Positions 29,610-43,060 of a DNA stretch of 64,000 bases are shown piece by piece. The notes beneath the pieces were generated by a model, which worked only from the letters and a program-made list of their open reading frames with translations, did not search any database and was not told the origin of the DNA. The position numbers and the translations under genes are program-made. The stretch covers positions 44,392,001 through 44,456,000 of the forward strand of contig OX638150.1 of assembly GCA_951804945.1 (NCBI GenBank), written 5' to 3'. The DNA comes from Podarcis cretensis (lineage: Eukaryota). Every line of letters starts with the position of its first letter. The stretch's first letter is position 1.

Positions 29610-30484
29610 GTAAGTGCCAGTAAGCTACTATCCCATTCTGGGTTTCACCATGAATGCTGCAATGCCTCTAGTGCTTAGCTTAGGTACAATAACATACTGC
29701 TGTTTTTGTGCTGGAGCCTTTGAACTTGTAAAGTGAGGACCAGCCTAGTTGGGAACTGCCTCCAAACTGCAGAAGACTTAACTTATGGAGCACTCTAGCA
29801 CATTGTAGTGTCAATGTCAAGAACATCTACCTCACCCTTGCAACATGCCTGAGGTCTTCCTGCTTGTACAATAAACCCTAGTACAAGCTGAAGACAGACA
29901 GCTTGGTGCCTTTCATCCTCATTGTTATAACAGCATTCCAGGTTAGGATGAGTGTTGTCCCTGTAGTATTGCCTTACCTTGCCTTATAAAAGCTTAGTGT
30001 ACAACTGCACTGTCCCACTCCTGCTATCAGAAGAGATTTGATGTCAGAGAATGAGGCACATCCCCTTTAAGTATTCATCCTGAAGCACCCACTTTGCTGC
30101 AGGACTATTTAAGGTGACTGGTACTGGAAGAATTCTGCAAGTTGTTTTTTGCTGGGATACCTTACATTCAGTCTGTCCTTGTAACCACAGTAAACTGCCT
30201 GGGGTTGGTTTCAACTGCTGGCAGCCTGTTCTGGCCTTTTGTTGTCCCTAGTCCACGTAGGCTGTGGTCAGTAACAGATTACCTTTTCATTTCTTCTCCA
30301 AACATGAAAATGAGCCCCACCTAGCCTCGCTGATAGGTGACTTACATCCATTGCTACAAGCAATGGCTCTACCACCACTAGATAGCAATGTTTGGAAACC
30401 TACTCTTTCCTGAAGTTTTCTTTTTGGGTCTTTTGTATTTCAAGGCTTTTTCTTCATTTTGTTTTTATTTGTTTGTCTTCTCAG

Positions 30485-30600
30485 GTCTTTGGTAACATTA
30501 GCATTGAGATTGATGAAGATATGTCCGAAGATGAGAAACCTGCCATCACCGAGCACAACAATTTCCGCACATTCTTTCAAGCCCTAATGCTTCTCTTTAG
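30485..30600 (+). CDS. CACNA1A: Exon 34 VFGNISIEIDEDMSEDEKPAITEHNNFRTFFQALMLLFR
   Basis: tctcag|GTC..AG|gtgagg, 116 nt. Confidence 0.97.
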
Positions 30601-31021
30601 GTGAGGCCCAGACCTTATTCATGCACAGGAAGCCCACTTCATCTAGCCAAGGCCCTACCCAATGCAAAAGATGTACAGTCTCCTAGATGCAGGGCAGTAG
30701 CTGTACCTAAAACAAACTGAGTATTTCATTAAAGGATCAGAGACTGCACTATACAATACTTCTTTTGCTCATCCAAAAAGCGACTGAATCAACAGGCTAA
30801 ATGAAAAATCCCTGTATTAACAAGCTTCTACATCACAGTCAAGGGATTTTTCTGTAACTACCACCCATGTGTTCTGAAGGTAGCTGCAGTTCTCTTGTGA
30901 GACCCCAAAACATATGGACCTTTATTGGTTGTTATGGACCTTTATTGAGATGGAGACGCTGCCATCCCAGCTGTGATGGATCCCCAATGCTCACTGTCTT
31001 TTTCTCTTCTCGCTTTCTTAG

Positions 31022-31172
31022 AAGTGCCACAGGTGAGGCTTGGCATGAGATCATGCTCTCCTGTCTGAGTGGAAAGCTCTGTGATGAGAAAGCAGACCTC
31101 AAAGGCAAAGAGTGTGGCAATGAATTTGCATACCTCTATTTTGTTTCCTTCATCTTCTTGTGCTCTTTCCTG
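31022..31172 (+). CDS. CACNA1A: Exon 35 (domain IV pore TGEAW, IVS6 start)
   Basis: tcttag|A..CTG|gtgagt, 151 nt. Confidence 0.96.
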
Positions 31173-31737
31173 GTGAGTCAAAATTCATAAAGGGGAGCGG
31201 GGGGGGGGGGGCATAGGACTGTGTGATACACAGTTTGATAGAACCAGGATGCCAGCAGACCACCTTTCTAAGATGACAGTTTCATTATGCAGTAGTAAAC
31301 ACTTGTTGTGGGGATTAGGACATCTTTCCGCAACATGATGCTGGAGTTACAGGGCTGTTTGTTTTTAGAGAGAATGTTTTTCATTATTATCAACCGTACA
31401 GTAACAGAATAAGCAAAGGGGATGAATGGGGAAGGTGGGTAAATAGGTATTGTGTGCTTTTAGTGTGTTAGATTGGCACGCACATATTTTTAAGTGACAT
31501 AAGTGTCAATCAGAGAAGGCATTCCTAATAGCATTATAGACATTTGGGTGTTTTGCCAGAGGAAGATCGCTTTTTTCTAGCATTCAAATATTAATCACAT
31601 GGAGAATGCAACTTTCCCTCCAGTGAGCACTTCTGTGGTTGTGCAACTATCATATACTTTTATTAGCTGGTACCTGTACAATCCCTGTTGATGAACAATA
31701 CACTTCTCCCCACATAGTCTTGTACCATGTGAGAGTT

Positions 31738-32500
31738 TGATTTTTTTAATTATTAGTATTTTTATTGACATATCTTGTAAAAGTGCAATCAGTTGAAAGC
31801 ATCATATATACATTGCCCTGTTATTTATAATTCTAGAACATAATGAACATTGCCCATTTTTCCATGATTTTGTTTGATTGGTTTACATGTGTTCTGTTAA
31901 AATAAGTTAAGTCATTGTTATGATAGACCATACCTTCTCTAGCCACTCTAATAAAGATGGTGTATTCCACTTTTCCAATACTTGGCAATTGTTATTTTTG
32001 TGGCTGTTAATAAATTAACTACCACCTCCAAGTCATTTTATGAAATTAAATGTTTTAAAAATCCTAAAAATACAGTCCTAAGATAATGAGGCATAAGATA
32101 ATCCATAGTAGTATTAAGGATTGTTTTCAAAACAGATTGAATAATAGGACACACACCAAAAATATGTATAAAGTCTGCTTTTCTTTCCCCACATCTCCAA
32201 CAGTTTGTCCTCATTAGTATTCTATATCAAATTCAACATAAGGGGCACAGTCCCATTAATACTGATTTTTATAATAATTTTACTTTAAATCAGCTGATAA
32301 CCTTTGAAGACTATGAGCTCATATTTATTTCCATTTATATGTATTTATTTCATACCCATATGCTTTCCATTTTTTTTCATAAAATTACTGGTTGTTTGTT
32401 CAGTATCTTGAATCAGATCATAAAATTTACTTATATTCCCCCTTCTCTCTGCATTTGTAAAAAGAGCTGTTTTTAGTGGTTTTAAAGTTTTTTTTACTGC
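31738..32500 (-). mobile_element. Old L1 3' fragment, antisense
   Basis: Poly-T start, AT-rich; reverse strand shows ORF2-end remnants (C-W-R-C-G motif near 32185-32205). Confidence 0.6.
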
Positions 32501-33695
32501 TGTAGATACTGAGCAATTCCAGCAGGAACACTCAAGTATCTTTATCTGTCTCCCAGGAATATAGGCACTCTAGGCAGTTGCTTAGTTTGCCTCTATGGTT
32601 GGTCAGTCCTGATTGGTGAAGGGAGGAGCTTGGGCAATGGCTCCAACATTGGTCAACATCTGTTCTCTCACCAATTAGTGGTACTAGTGGGAGAGGATAC
32701 CTGAAGCTCTGAAGCAATAAAACCCAGTGTGGTATCTCCACTCGAATGAAGAGCTGCTGCATTTTGTAGCTAACAAGTAGTACCAGTAACAAGTAGTACT
32801 TGCAGTATGGAGTCTTCCAGTTCAGGATTTTAGTCAGCTAGCCAAGAGCTCTTTGAGGATACTCCATTCAATTTCCCCTCCCTTCTGATTTTCCATGTTG
32901 TTTTTCCTCCCACCATCAGGCAACATTCCATGGCTACTGAGCAAGCTTAGTCCTCATTGAACTGTTGATTCCTCTGCAACACACACTGAGGGCTATGCTT
33001 GCTCAGGAATGCTAGCTGGTGGTTGTTGCAGGCCTGGGAACACAAAAATGGGAAATTATGGTTTAAAAAAAGAAGCTTTTTTGTCCTTCTGCAAACCTTG
33101 GGTTTTCTGTCACACCTGCTTGTATGCGGATTATACCGTTTTGGCTTCATAAGCCAATATTCAGAGAATTCAGTTAGCTGTTAGTATATGATTTTCTGCC
33201 ATTTGCACTCTAGAGTCAGGGAAGGACAGCTTTTGAGTGAATTGCAGCTTCGTTTCTCAAATGAGAACAGGCTATTTGGTAGCTGCAAGAAGGACCTGCA
33301 GCTCCCAAGCATGATCTAGTGTGGCAGTGGTGGTTGCAACCACAGGAGGTAGCTTGAGGTAGGCAGCAGCCTTTGCTTTGTGGCAAATTGTATGTATGTG
33401 TAAGAGAGAATGTCAGCAGGTAAATGGTAAGCTGTATTGTTCTACTCACAGGTATGCTCATTCCAAGTTTTAAAATGTTACTTTTGTGCCTGCATATCTG
33501 CATATATAAGTTTGTTCGTGTTACCATTGCTAATATGCAATGTGGGGCAGGGGGAGAAGCGAAGGGGTGTGCCACCATTTACCATGTTGGTCCCTCTCTC
33601 TAGTTACTTGAGGTCACATAGACTCTGGGCCTAAGCCTTGGTTTGCAGCAAGATGATAATTCTCAGCATTATTGAACATTTCACCAGTTACTTAA

Positions 33696-33863
<168 letters not shown>

Positions 33864-35912
33864 TAAGGACATGCCTACCTGGCCGTTCCCAATACTGTAC
33901 TCACAGCCATTGCCCCACACCAAGCAAAAGCTTGGGAAAGTGGATCAAATTGATCCATGCTTGGGGAAAACTCTCCTTAGTAAGGAAAACAGGGGCAGGG
34001 GATGGAGAAGAATTAGGCCTTAGAAGCTGGGCAGGGAGGCTACAGCTTAAGATTCCTGGGTCCTGCTGATTCCAACTCTATTAGGAAAGAGATTTAGCAG
34101 TGTGAAAGCTAAGACTCCTATGCTCTCTACATTACTTTCACACAAAGAAGTGCATTGGCTGGTAGGAGCATCGACTCCTGTGTTTTTGTTCATCTCAGGA
34201 AGGGAAACAATATTTAGGACTACAAAAGAAAAATAGTCTTATGCTTGTTCTACTCTAACAGAGCGAAGATATGATGTCATATTGGTAGATACAGTCCTTA
34301 TCTGTAATGATGTGAGAGAAAGGCAGAAGCCTAATCTGAGGCAGAGACTGGAGCCACTGCCCCTGTTTGCATGCAGCTCCATTGTGAGTCACCCACCTTA
34401 GCTGAGTTCCAGTCAGTGTGGATCTGTGGCCACTGCCACTCTGCCATTCCCATTCCTGTTGGCTAATTTCTGTGGGTCTCACTAGGAACAAGAGATTGCA
34501 AGAAGCAGATATGGGGGGTTTATCTCTGATTAACATTTCCTCTTTTAATTTTAGGTTTTTGCAGCTGGACTCTGTCAACTCCACACACACACACACCCTT
34601 ACATTATCCCATATGTTCAAAAGGGCATGATGTATTGCCCCTTGTGCCCAGGGATACCTGTTGCCATTTCCCTATTCTACCTAGTGGGCTATGTAGCCCC
34701 TACTGTAGGAAAACTGAGTAACATCACTAGTGTCACTTGAGCCAGACATGTGTATCTGAAGAAGTGTGCATGCACACGAAAGCTTACACCCAGAACAAAC
34801 TTAGTTGGACTCTAAGGTGCTACTGGACAATTTTTAATTTTTATTTATTTATTGAGCCAGACAGTTATCTCAGTGAAGCCCCTGATGGTAGCAGCTATGC
34901 TTCATGTTTTGTGTCACGTTAGTAGTATGTGAGCTAAAAAAGGGTTATTGTGGTACTGACATGGAAGCCGTCACAGAACCTACCAGTGTTACGTATTGTT
35001 CAGCCATCAAAGAAATGTGCTCAATAGCTCTGTTAGTTATAAATGACACACTTCTCAAATGTTGGCCTGTAGAGAGGTGTTTGTTTGTATGTATGTTTGT
35101 GTATGTATGTGAGACAGAGAGAGAGAGCATGTGTATGTGTGTGCCTGCTAGGGCCTGGCCTACCATTCTGGTGTGCTGGGGAGGAGGCCAAGCACTCTGC
35201 TGCTGCAAGCAGGCACAGTGAGCAGAGTTGTGATAATTGGCACCTAACAGAAGGTCCACCCAGCGTTCTCTTGGTATCGTTTGTCACCCCTGTGCCCTGT
35301 TGAGAATGAATGCCCGTTGTGTCCAGGTTTAATGTGTTTGTTTACGCTGCCAGCCCTAACTGGCAAAACCTGCCAAGCCCAGCTGAGGGAGTGTTCATCA
35401 GGGAGCCTGTGCCATGCAGGGGCAGGAAAACCAGGTCTGCCCCCGCCTGAGCACTGGTTTCTATGCATTTATTAATAAGGAAGAAAAATGTTGGAATGGG
35501 AAGCCCAGGGCTCCTAGAGTCCATGGCACAATGACTGGTTTTAAAGCGTCCATTGTGAGTTACAGAAAGGCAGCAATCCCTAATGGAAGACATACCCAAG
35601 TTGGGACCTCAGCTCACACTTGACACATGATCTTTGATAAATCTCACCATGCTGCATAGTTGTGTGTCATTCCCCTATCTTCCTGTCACCCTATATATTA
35701 ATGAAAATGGTACTGGCTCATCTTCTTTCCCAGTACTGATGGAGAACCCAATAGAGCTGCAGCAAAACCTGGGCTGCACAGCTCTGAGAAGCCCCTTTCC
35801 CCCTGCTGCCACCTATGGGAATGTACAGTTTCTCCATAAGCCCTGTGGGGGGTGGTATGGCTGGACTGAAGGTCTCTAGCCGGCAGTCCTGCTATGTTCT
35901 GTGTGTTCATGA

Positions 35913-36074
<162 letters not shown>

Positions 36075-37013
36075 TGACTTACACTAAAACCTGCTAGCAT
36101 CAACGGAATGAATGTTGCTTATGATTTCTTTAATATATATATTTCATATATATATATCTATATATATCTGTACACATACCTATCTATATATATTGCACTT
36201 TCAAGAGTAATTTAATGTAATTAGCCAACAGAATGCGTGAAATGATGCTGCCACCCAGACCAGTAACGCATGGAGCATACCGGTTACCTTGAACCATCTC
36301 TGCTTGCTGTTAGCTGGAGCTAGGCCTGGAGGGTTCTATGAGTCTCTCTCTCTCTACTCACCTCCACCACTCTCTGCACATTAATACTTCATTTGGGGAG
36401 GACAGAGACTCCATTGACACCTCTGCCATTTCCCCCCCCTCCCCTCCCCACTTCTTTCCACCCCCCTTTCCCTCCACCTTCTCTTCCTGCACTCTGCCCT
36501 CCTCCCACATTGGCAAAGAGGGGCTTTCTCATCTCAATCTGTCTTTCTCTTTCTCTCCTTCTTTCTGTGGATCTTCATTACTAAGAGGACCTGACTTTGC
36601 ACTCCTTGGCCCTATAAGCCCATGGAGGATTGTGGTCTGCATTTATAACCTGAGGCCGAGTAAACTAGATGGAGGCACATGCTTAAGTTAAACCTGTCCC
36701 TTTTGCAATGGGAACGCTAGCTCTGAAAGTATGGAGCTTGCACTTAAGCATTTTGCTGGATCACAGCCAGTTTGAGGAGCCATCTTTCTACTCCCAGTCG
36801 TCCATGAAGATCAAGCATATTTGAACTCTTGGCTGACAAGCAGCACAGTAATCTTTACATTTTTATCTTCCATTTTTTTCTTTTCCAATTGATTTCCAAT
36901 ATTTTTCTCTTCTTTGCATCTCTCTCTCTTTTCTATTTTTCTGTGTATTTTTTCCTTTTTTAATTATTATTATTATTTTTTGGTTGTTTTTATTTTTAAT
37001 TTTTTGCTCCCAG

Positions 37014-37110
37014 GGGCCGGATGACTTTCATGGACATGTATGAGATGCTGAGACACATGTCTCCACCCCTGGGGCTAGGGAAGAAATGCCCTGCCCGTGT
37101 TGCTTATAAG
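37014..37110 (+). CDS. CACNA1A: Mutually exclusive exon 37b (EFb) [33 protein letters not shown]
   Basis: tcccag|G..AAG|gtagaa, 97 nt, paralogous to 37a. Confidence 0.95.
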
Positions 37111-39444
37111 GTAGAATAATTTTTAAGAAATAAACAAGGCATATTTCAAGTTAGCTTCATTTTTAATTATTTTTTTTCAACAACAAAAATGCAAAAGCTA
37201 TAATTTTTGTACATTTCTTCCCCCTTCTCAATACAATTTCTTGAGCAGTAACAGTGTGTCCGTTCAGTACCGTTAGCGTTTCATGTTTCAGAGACTCCAT
37301 TATGGCCAATAAATGTTGGGTGGGTAAGAAACAACTCAAAGGTGCATGATCCTACTCAAAATCCTCCATCAAAGTGCCACCACCCTGTCCTCCTGCATCT
37401 AGCAGAAGAGACATTGCTTTTAAAATGTTTCACCTCCCATTCCCTTTGCCGCCGCCGCCCCCCCCCCCGCCCAAACAATTTAAACAGCTGTGATTGCTCT
37501 GAAACTATCCAGCCAATACAGATACCCCAAATGAACTGGGAAGAACAAAGCCGGAAGGGGAAGAGAGACCAAAGATCCAAAACACATTTAATGGCACTAT
37601 GAGTACTTTTGATCAGGCCAGTGTGTCCGCTTCTAGTGCGGGGGGTCAAAATGATATTAGTCACCATTACCTGCACTCTCCAGAAAGAACTGATGCCATT
37701 GGATTGAAATGTTTTCTAAATAAGTAAAATGCATGGCCCTGTGCCAGTTTTCCTCTACCTGGGCAATCTTTCCCTTTGACGCTGTAGTGGAGCTCCTGAA
37801 TCTCTGTTAAAATCCAGTTAACCACATTGCAGGGGTAGGTACATATGACTGTTGATGAGCTTTTTGGTGTCAATATAGGGAACACTGCAGAGAAAATTAA
37901 TGTTATACCCATTAGTTGAAAGCATATGATGCACTTGAACTGCCCATATATGCAGGTGAACAATGTAGCATATAACTAGAAGTTTGCCCACACTCATCCA
38001 TTTCAGACAAAATCCCCCCAATGAGATGAAGTTTCTGTGGTTCCCAACTTTCTTGAATGCACCTCACATATTCAGCAGTATCCAGGACCCAAAATCCCCT
38101 GGTGTCTTTCACGGTATGAACAGAGCTCTCCCAGGAATTCCTGATCAACCTCCTGTAAGTAATGTGAAATGTGGGGTAGCATAAGGGCAGAAGCACGTTA
38201 TTCAGACTCCATGCCCTGGTTCTCAGGGATGAGGTAATTTGCAGGGATGAGTTAATTTCCTTGTACCTGGGTTTAGATTATCTGGATAAATTCCAGATAA
38301 ATTTCACAATATTTCAAAACAGCAGGAAATTAAATGTAAACAAGATAGTAAGAAAGCCACTGTCCTCACAATTTGTTCCTCTGTCAAGTGAACACTGACT
38401 GAGGGTCAAAGTTGATGTGACTTTATTCATGCATTTTCTCTGTTATGCTCGCTTCAAAAAATATAAGCAGCTAACGCAGAGGGAGGAGCTGGATCAAAAC
38501 CATGAGGGGCACTTTAAGCCTTTGCCCCTGCTATGGTCCAGATTAGAATCCCCCCATCCCATTGCCCCATTGCCCCCTTCCCCAGTCTGCAATCCTAAAC
38601 CAACTTGGGGGCCCTCCATACTGCTATTTATGCTTTTTTAAAAAACCAAGCAAACCAACCAAGTATATCAGAGTTAAATAAGTGAATTTACAGCTGCAGC
38701 ATTGGTTGACTGGAGAAAATATTTGCTGGGAGTGAGTACCTGAGCTTCTTGGTGCCTTGCTTGTTCTCCTGTTTTGTTGTCTCTTAGACAGCTGAGGTTC
38801 CTGGTAAGTGCTGTAAGGACAGGGACCTGTGCCTGAACCCGAGGGGTTCTGGCTCAGTCTTGTAAGCTCTTACATCAGTTTCTGTCTGTGTCAAGAAACA
38901 TAAAAGCCCAGGAACATTTGTGCAGCAAATGGTATCATCCCTTAAGGAGCTCCATTGGGAGTTCCCAGGGCTTTTTTTCCAGTTCTGGCACCTCTCTTTT
39001 GGGCTCCATTGCCTTTCTGATAGAACAGGGGAGGTGTTCGTGGTGAGTTCTGGCACCTCTTTTTAAGAAGAATAGCACTGTGAGTCCCTAGGACAAAAGC
39101 AGTGCCCCCATCTATCCCCACCCCCCTGCATCCTGGAGACATTGGATAGTGTGAAGGGACCAGAATGCATGTGTGGTTTCCTGCACATGATAAGAGCCTA
39201 TGCAATGATAAGACAAAGTCACCTTCAGTTTCAGTGAGGGAGATAAAGCCATGGAAAAGTGATAGGTCACCAAGGAAGGCGAGGACAATGCAATTTACCC
39301 CATGGTCCTCTTTGCCACCCCTCCCAAGGATATAGGTTCATAGTTGCTCCTGAGTGTCCTCCCAGGCATTGTGGAGCCTGTTCTGCACCTAATGACAAGT
39401 GGTCATTAGGAGATTTGGGGTGAGGTGGCCTCAGTATGCTGATG

Positions 39445-40262
39445 CTACCCAGCTCTGCTCTGTAACATCAGGAGAGAACTGTGCAAGCTATAGATTGGTA
39501 CTTGGACTAGGGGCTGGATAAGAGCCAGTAAACCAGCTCTGAATCCTAGCAAGGCAAAGGTGCTGTAGTGAGTGTTTCCCAAGTCCAGATAATTGGTCAT
39601 TTGCCTGTTTTGGATAGGGTCATATTCCCACCCCACCCCCCAAAAAGCAGGTTTGTAGCCTGGGGATACTCCTGGATCCATCTTTATCATTAGAGGCCCA
39701 GATGACCTCAGTGGCTAGGAATGCCTTCTACCAGCTTCAGCTGGTAAGACAGCTACAGCCATTTCTGGATCAGAATATCCTGACCGCCAGGCTGGATTAC
39801 TTACTTCAGTGTACTTGCCTTTGGGGTTGGTCCAGAAGCTGCAGCTGTTGCAAAATCTGGTGCTTAGCTACCAGGCTAAATTCGTGGTGCTGGTTTTGCT
39901 GTATAAAGACCTATACAGCCTGGGACCAGGATACCCAAAGGATTGTCTTACACCTTAGATACCTAGTCAATCATTGTGCTTTGCAGGTGAGGGCCTCCTC
40001 AGAAGGTCCATCCTGTACAATGTCAGAATTGGGCCCTACCATTTGCAATTCCCTTTCCTTAAATAGTAGATAGGTGCACCTAACGAAGATCTTCCTCTTT
40101 CATCAGGCCTTTTAAGATGAGATTTTTACCAGTCTGCATCTGTACTTGAATTGTTTTAAAGATGGTTTTATTATTTTATCCCTTGTGGTTCACTGCCTTG
40201 GGCTTCTTTGAAAGGAAGGGCTGGGTATAAATTTAATTAATAAATAATAAATAAAATAAATA
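39445..40262 (+). mobile_element. Degenerate L2 fragment
   Basis: SVARNAFYQLQLVRQLQPFL..RLDY remnant; AATAA-repeat tail. Confidence 0.75.
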
Positions 40263-40528
40263 ACATCACATCTAGTTTGGTGCTGATAATGATTTATAAA
40301 GCTCGTTCTGAGCATTTAATTCAGTATTTAACCATTATGCAATTAGAGTTCTCACTTGCTATGCGTTTTTTTCATAATTGAAGTTTTTCTGTTGTATGTA
40401 TCCTAGAGATCACTTTTGATCTACACCACTCTCCTTAACTATGGCATAGGCATGGCCACTTGGTGCTGCATTCATATGGCAGCAGCTGATAATGCAATTT
40501 AGTACTGAAGCATAAATTTAGGAAACAA

Positions 40529-40610
40529 TACTGAATAATGAAAAATAGGATTTTGATTGATGCCCCTTTTACTGAATAATGAAAAATAGGATTTTGAATG
40601 ATGGTCCTTT
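40529..40610. repeat. ~41-bp tandem duplication
   Basis: tactgaataatgaaaaataggattttga(t/a)tgatg..cctttt x2. Confidence 0.85.
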
Positions 40611-42499
40611 TTCAGTACACTAGGGTATGCTACCCATGTTAAGCCTACTCGGTCACCAACCTACCATTTGAGCTTGTGGGAATCATTGTCCGGATTAGAA
40701 CACATGGCACATGACTTGCAGGTGTTAGTGTGCTTGGCACTTGAAAAACCATCTGTCTGGAAATGAATTGAAACTGGTAGAATTGGGCTTGTATTATGCG
40801 GTCTTCACAGAGTTTTATTATGGTTTAAGCACCAGTTTACTAGTTCAGACTTTTGGGCAAGACAGACAGTATTCACCTTCAGCTGCCAGTTAACAAGAGC
40901 CTAGAAGTGCAGGACTATACTCATTACCTCTTACACATGTACAGGCTAGCAACAGAACACATGCCCAGGTAGAGCTACTTCTGGGTAAAAGTTAGACTCA
41001 AGTCTTGGGCTCCATCAACCAACTTGCCTAGGGGTTGCAGTTCATTCTGCAGTTGGGATTGCTCTCTCATGCCCTTCCGGCTGCCCATAAAAGAATAAGG
41101 GAGGTGGGGAAGTTCTTGTAGTTGTTCTAATGGCTCTTTTGATCTCTTTGCATAACTTAAAACAGACACCCATGCCTTTTCAGTGCTTCTGCCTCCATAA
41201 CGGTGTAACTTCCTACAAAAGAACACAACCTAAGGGGAAGTAGTTCACTACTCTTAACCAGAGACGAATTAACAGCAACTAACCTTTTTCTCTGCCCCCT
41301 TCTCTCTGCTGCTCCATGCCTCCTTCTCTGTCAATGCAGTTCTAACCTATCAGAAGCTTTTCCCTTCTGCTCCTCCATAACTTCATATTCTAACCCTAAA
41401 CCTTTTATGCATCTCAGCAGCTGATCATCAAGCTACATCTTCTTTCTCCTTTTCTTCCCTAAGTCTACCACTCATACCCAGAGCTTCCCCTCTCACATTT
41501 TCTATGTTATGTGTGTGATCTCTCTTTCACCCTTCTGAACCATTGGGTTTCTATTGCTGGTTTATGGCACAGGTATTGAAAAGCTCACTCTCACTTGAAA
41601 GGGTCCTTGGATTCTGCAAGTTTAGTGTGGGGAGAAGGGGGAAGATACAAAACTCTGCCAGTTTTATCAATGGGGATAGACTCTGTAGTAAAAGTTTCAG
41701 TGCAGTCTGATGCCACAGAAACTGTGCAGTGAACATGCCACTATAGGATGAGAAATGTAGGAAGATTTGGGGAGAGGGTACTCAAATCCACCCAAGCAAG
41801 AGCAGTAAGTAAAGATGAATGTTTGAAAAGACCATGGTGAGTAGGAGGCAGTAACTGAAATAGGTTTTTCAGATGAAAGATTATACTACTGTATCCTGAT
41901 GGCAGCCAGCAACTAATACTTCCTTCAGACTATAATATCAGACCAGTCGTCGTACTGAAACATACGAGAAATGATCAGAGTGCTGAGAGAGATGAGGTCA
42001 GTTTGCTCACATTGCTCTGCCAATGGAAGAACCTTGTGGGAGGGGTGATTTGCACAGCTATGCAAGTGCCACCACACCTTTCCTATCTCTGGTGCTTGTG
42101 TGGTTCTTCACATGTAATTCTACCCCTCCCACATGGTTCCAGCGCTTTTAGGTTACCAAAGTGGAAGCCATAAGAGAAGTGCATCTTGCTACTGAAGTAA
42201 ACATGACAGCTCTTTCAACCTCTTGGTAGGTCCTTTTTGTGATATGTTTTAATTTGGGTTTAGGAGCAGGGGAAGGGTGTTATTCTTCTTTTGGAATGGT
42301 CATAATCTTACTCAGTGAGAAAACATGAATTTCTCAGCCAGTTTGACTGTATCTTATGAGCTGAACATGCTTAATAGAGACAATATGTATAAATGAAAAA
42401 TTACTTTTAAAGCAGTAAGTCTGATGGAGAATATTGCATGCGGACTAAACTTGAAGAAGTAACAATAATCACTCTGATGTTTTGATACTACTGTGACTA

Positions 42500-43060
42500 C
42501 TACAGTAGTCTTGAGGAGGATGTGATTTTTTTGAGAAGCAGAGAGAGATGTAATGGGCAAGAGGAGAAAGAGAATTCCATTCATTGGAGGAAGCAAATGA
42601 GAAGAATCAAAGACAAGACATAGCCGAGGCTATCTGTGACTTAAAACAAAATAAGATGATTATCCAGAGCATTATGACATATAAAGAAGTTAAATAAGGA
42701 TGGATAAGGCTGTGAAGAGTGTTGCTGAGAAGTTAAAGCATCAGCTGAGAGACAGGTGTAAATTTTGGTGAGGTTAAAATGTAACACCTGCCTGAATTAG
42801 AAACAGGATATTTGAGAATGAAAGAGGACAGTAAAAAATAAAACTCGAGACAATAAAATTAGGAAGAATGACAAGTATATTATTTGTCAGATGAAGAAAC
42901 AGAAGGTTTACAGGACAAGACAACAAATTCTATATAGTGTTTTTTAAGTTGTCTCTGGGTGTTCCAAGCAGAAAAAGCAAAAAGGCAGAAACAGAATGAT
43001 AAACTTGAATGTCGTTTGCATAAAGATGATCATTGAAATCAAACTGTTCTGTCAGAGATA
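42500..43060 (-). mobile_element. Ancient L2 reverse-transcriptase remnant
   Basis: Reverse-frame HLYANDIQVY resembles the L2 HLYADDTQLY catalytic motif; boundaries are approximate. Confidence 0.45.

Noticed and set aside
31019-31024. TAGAAG tandem acceptor at exon 35
   Set aside because: The distal AAG is weak and its use would delete a conserved pore-helix residue.
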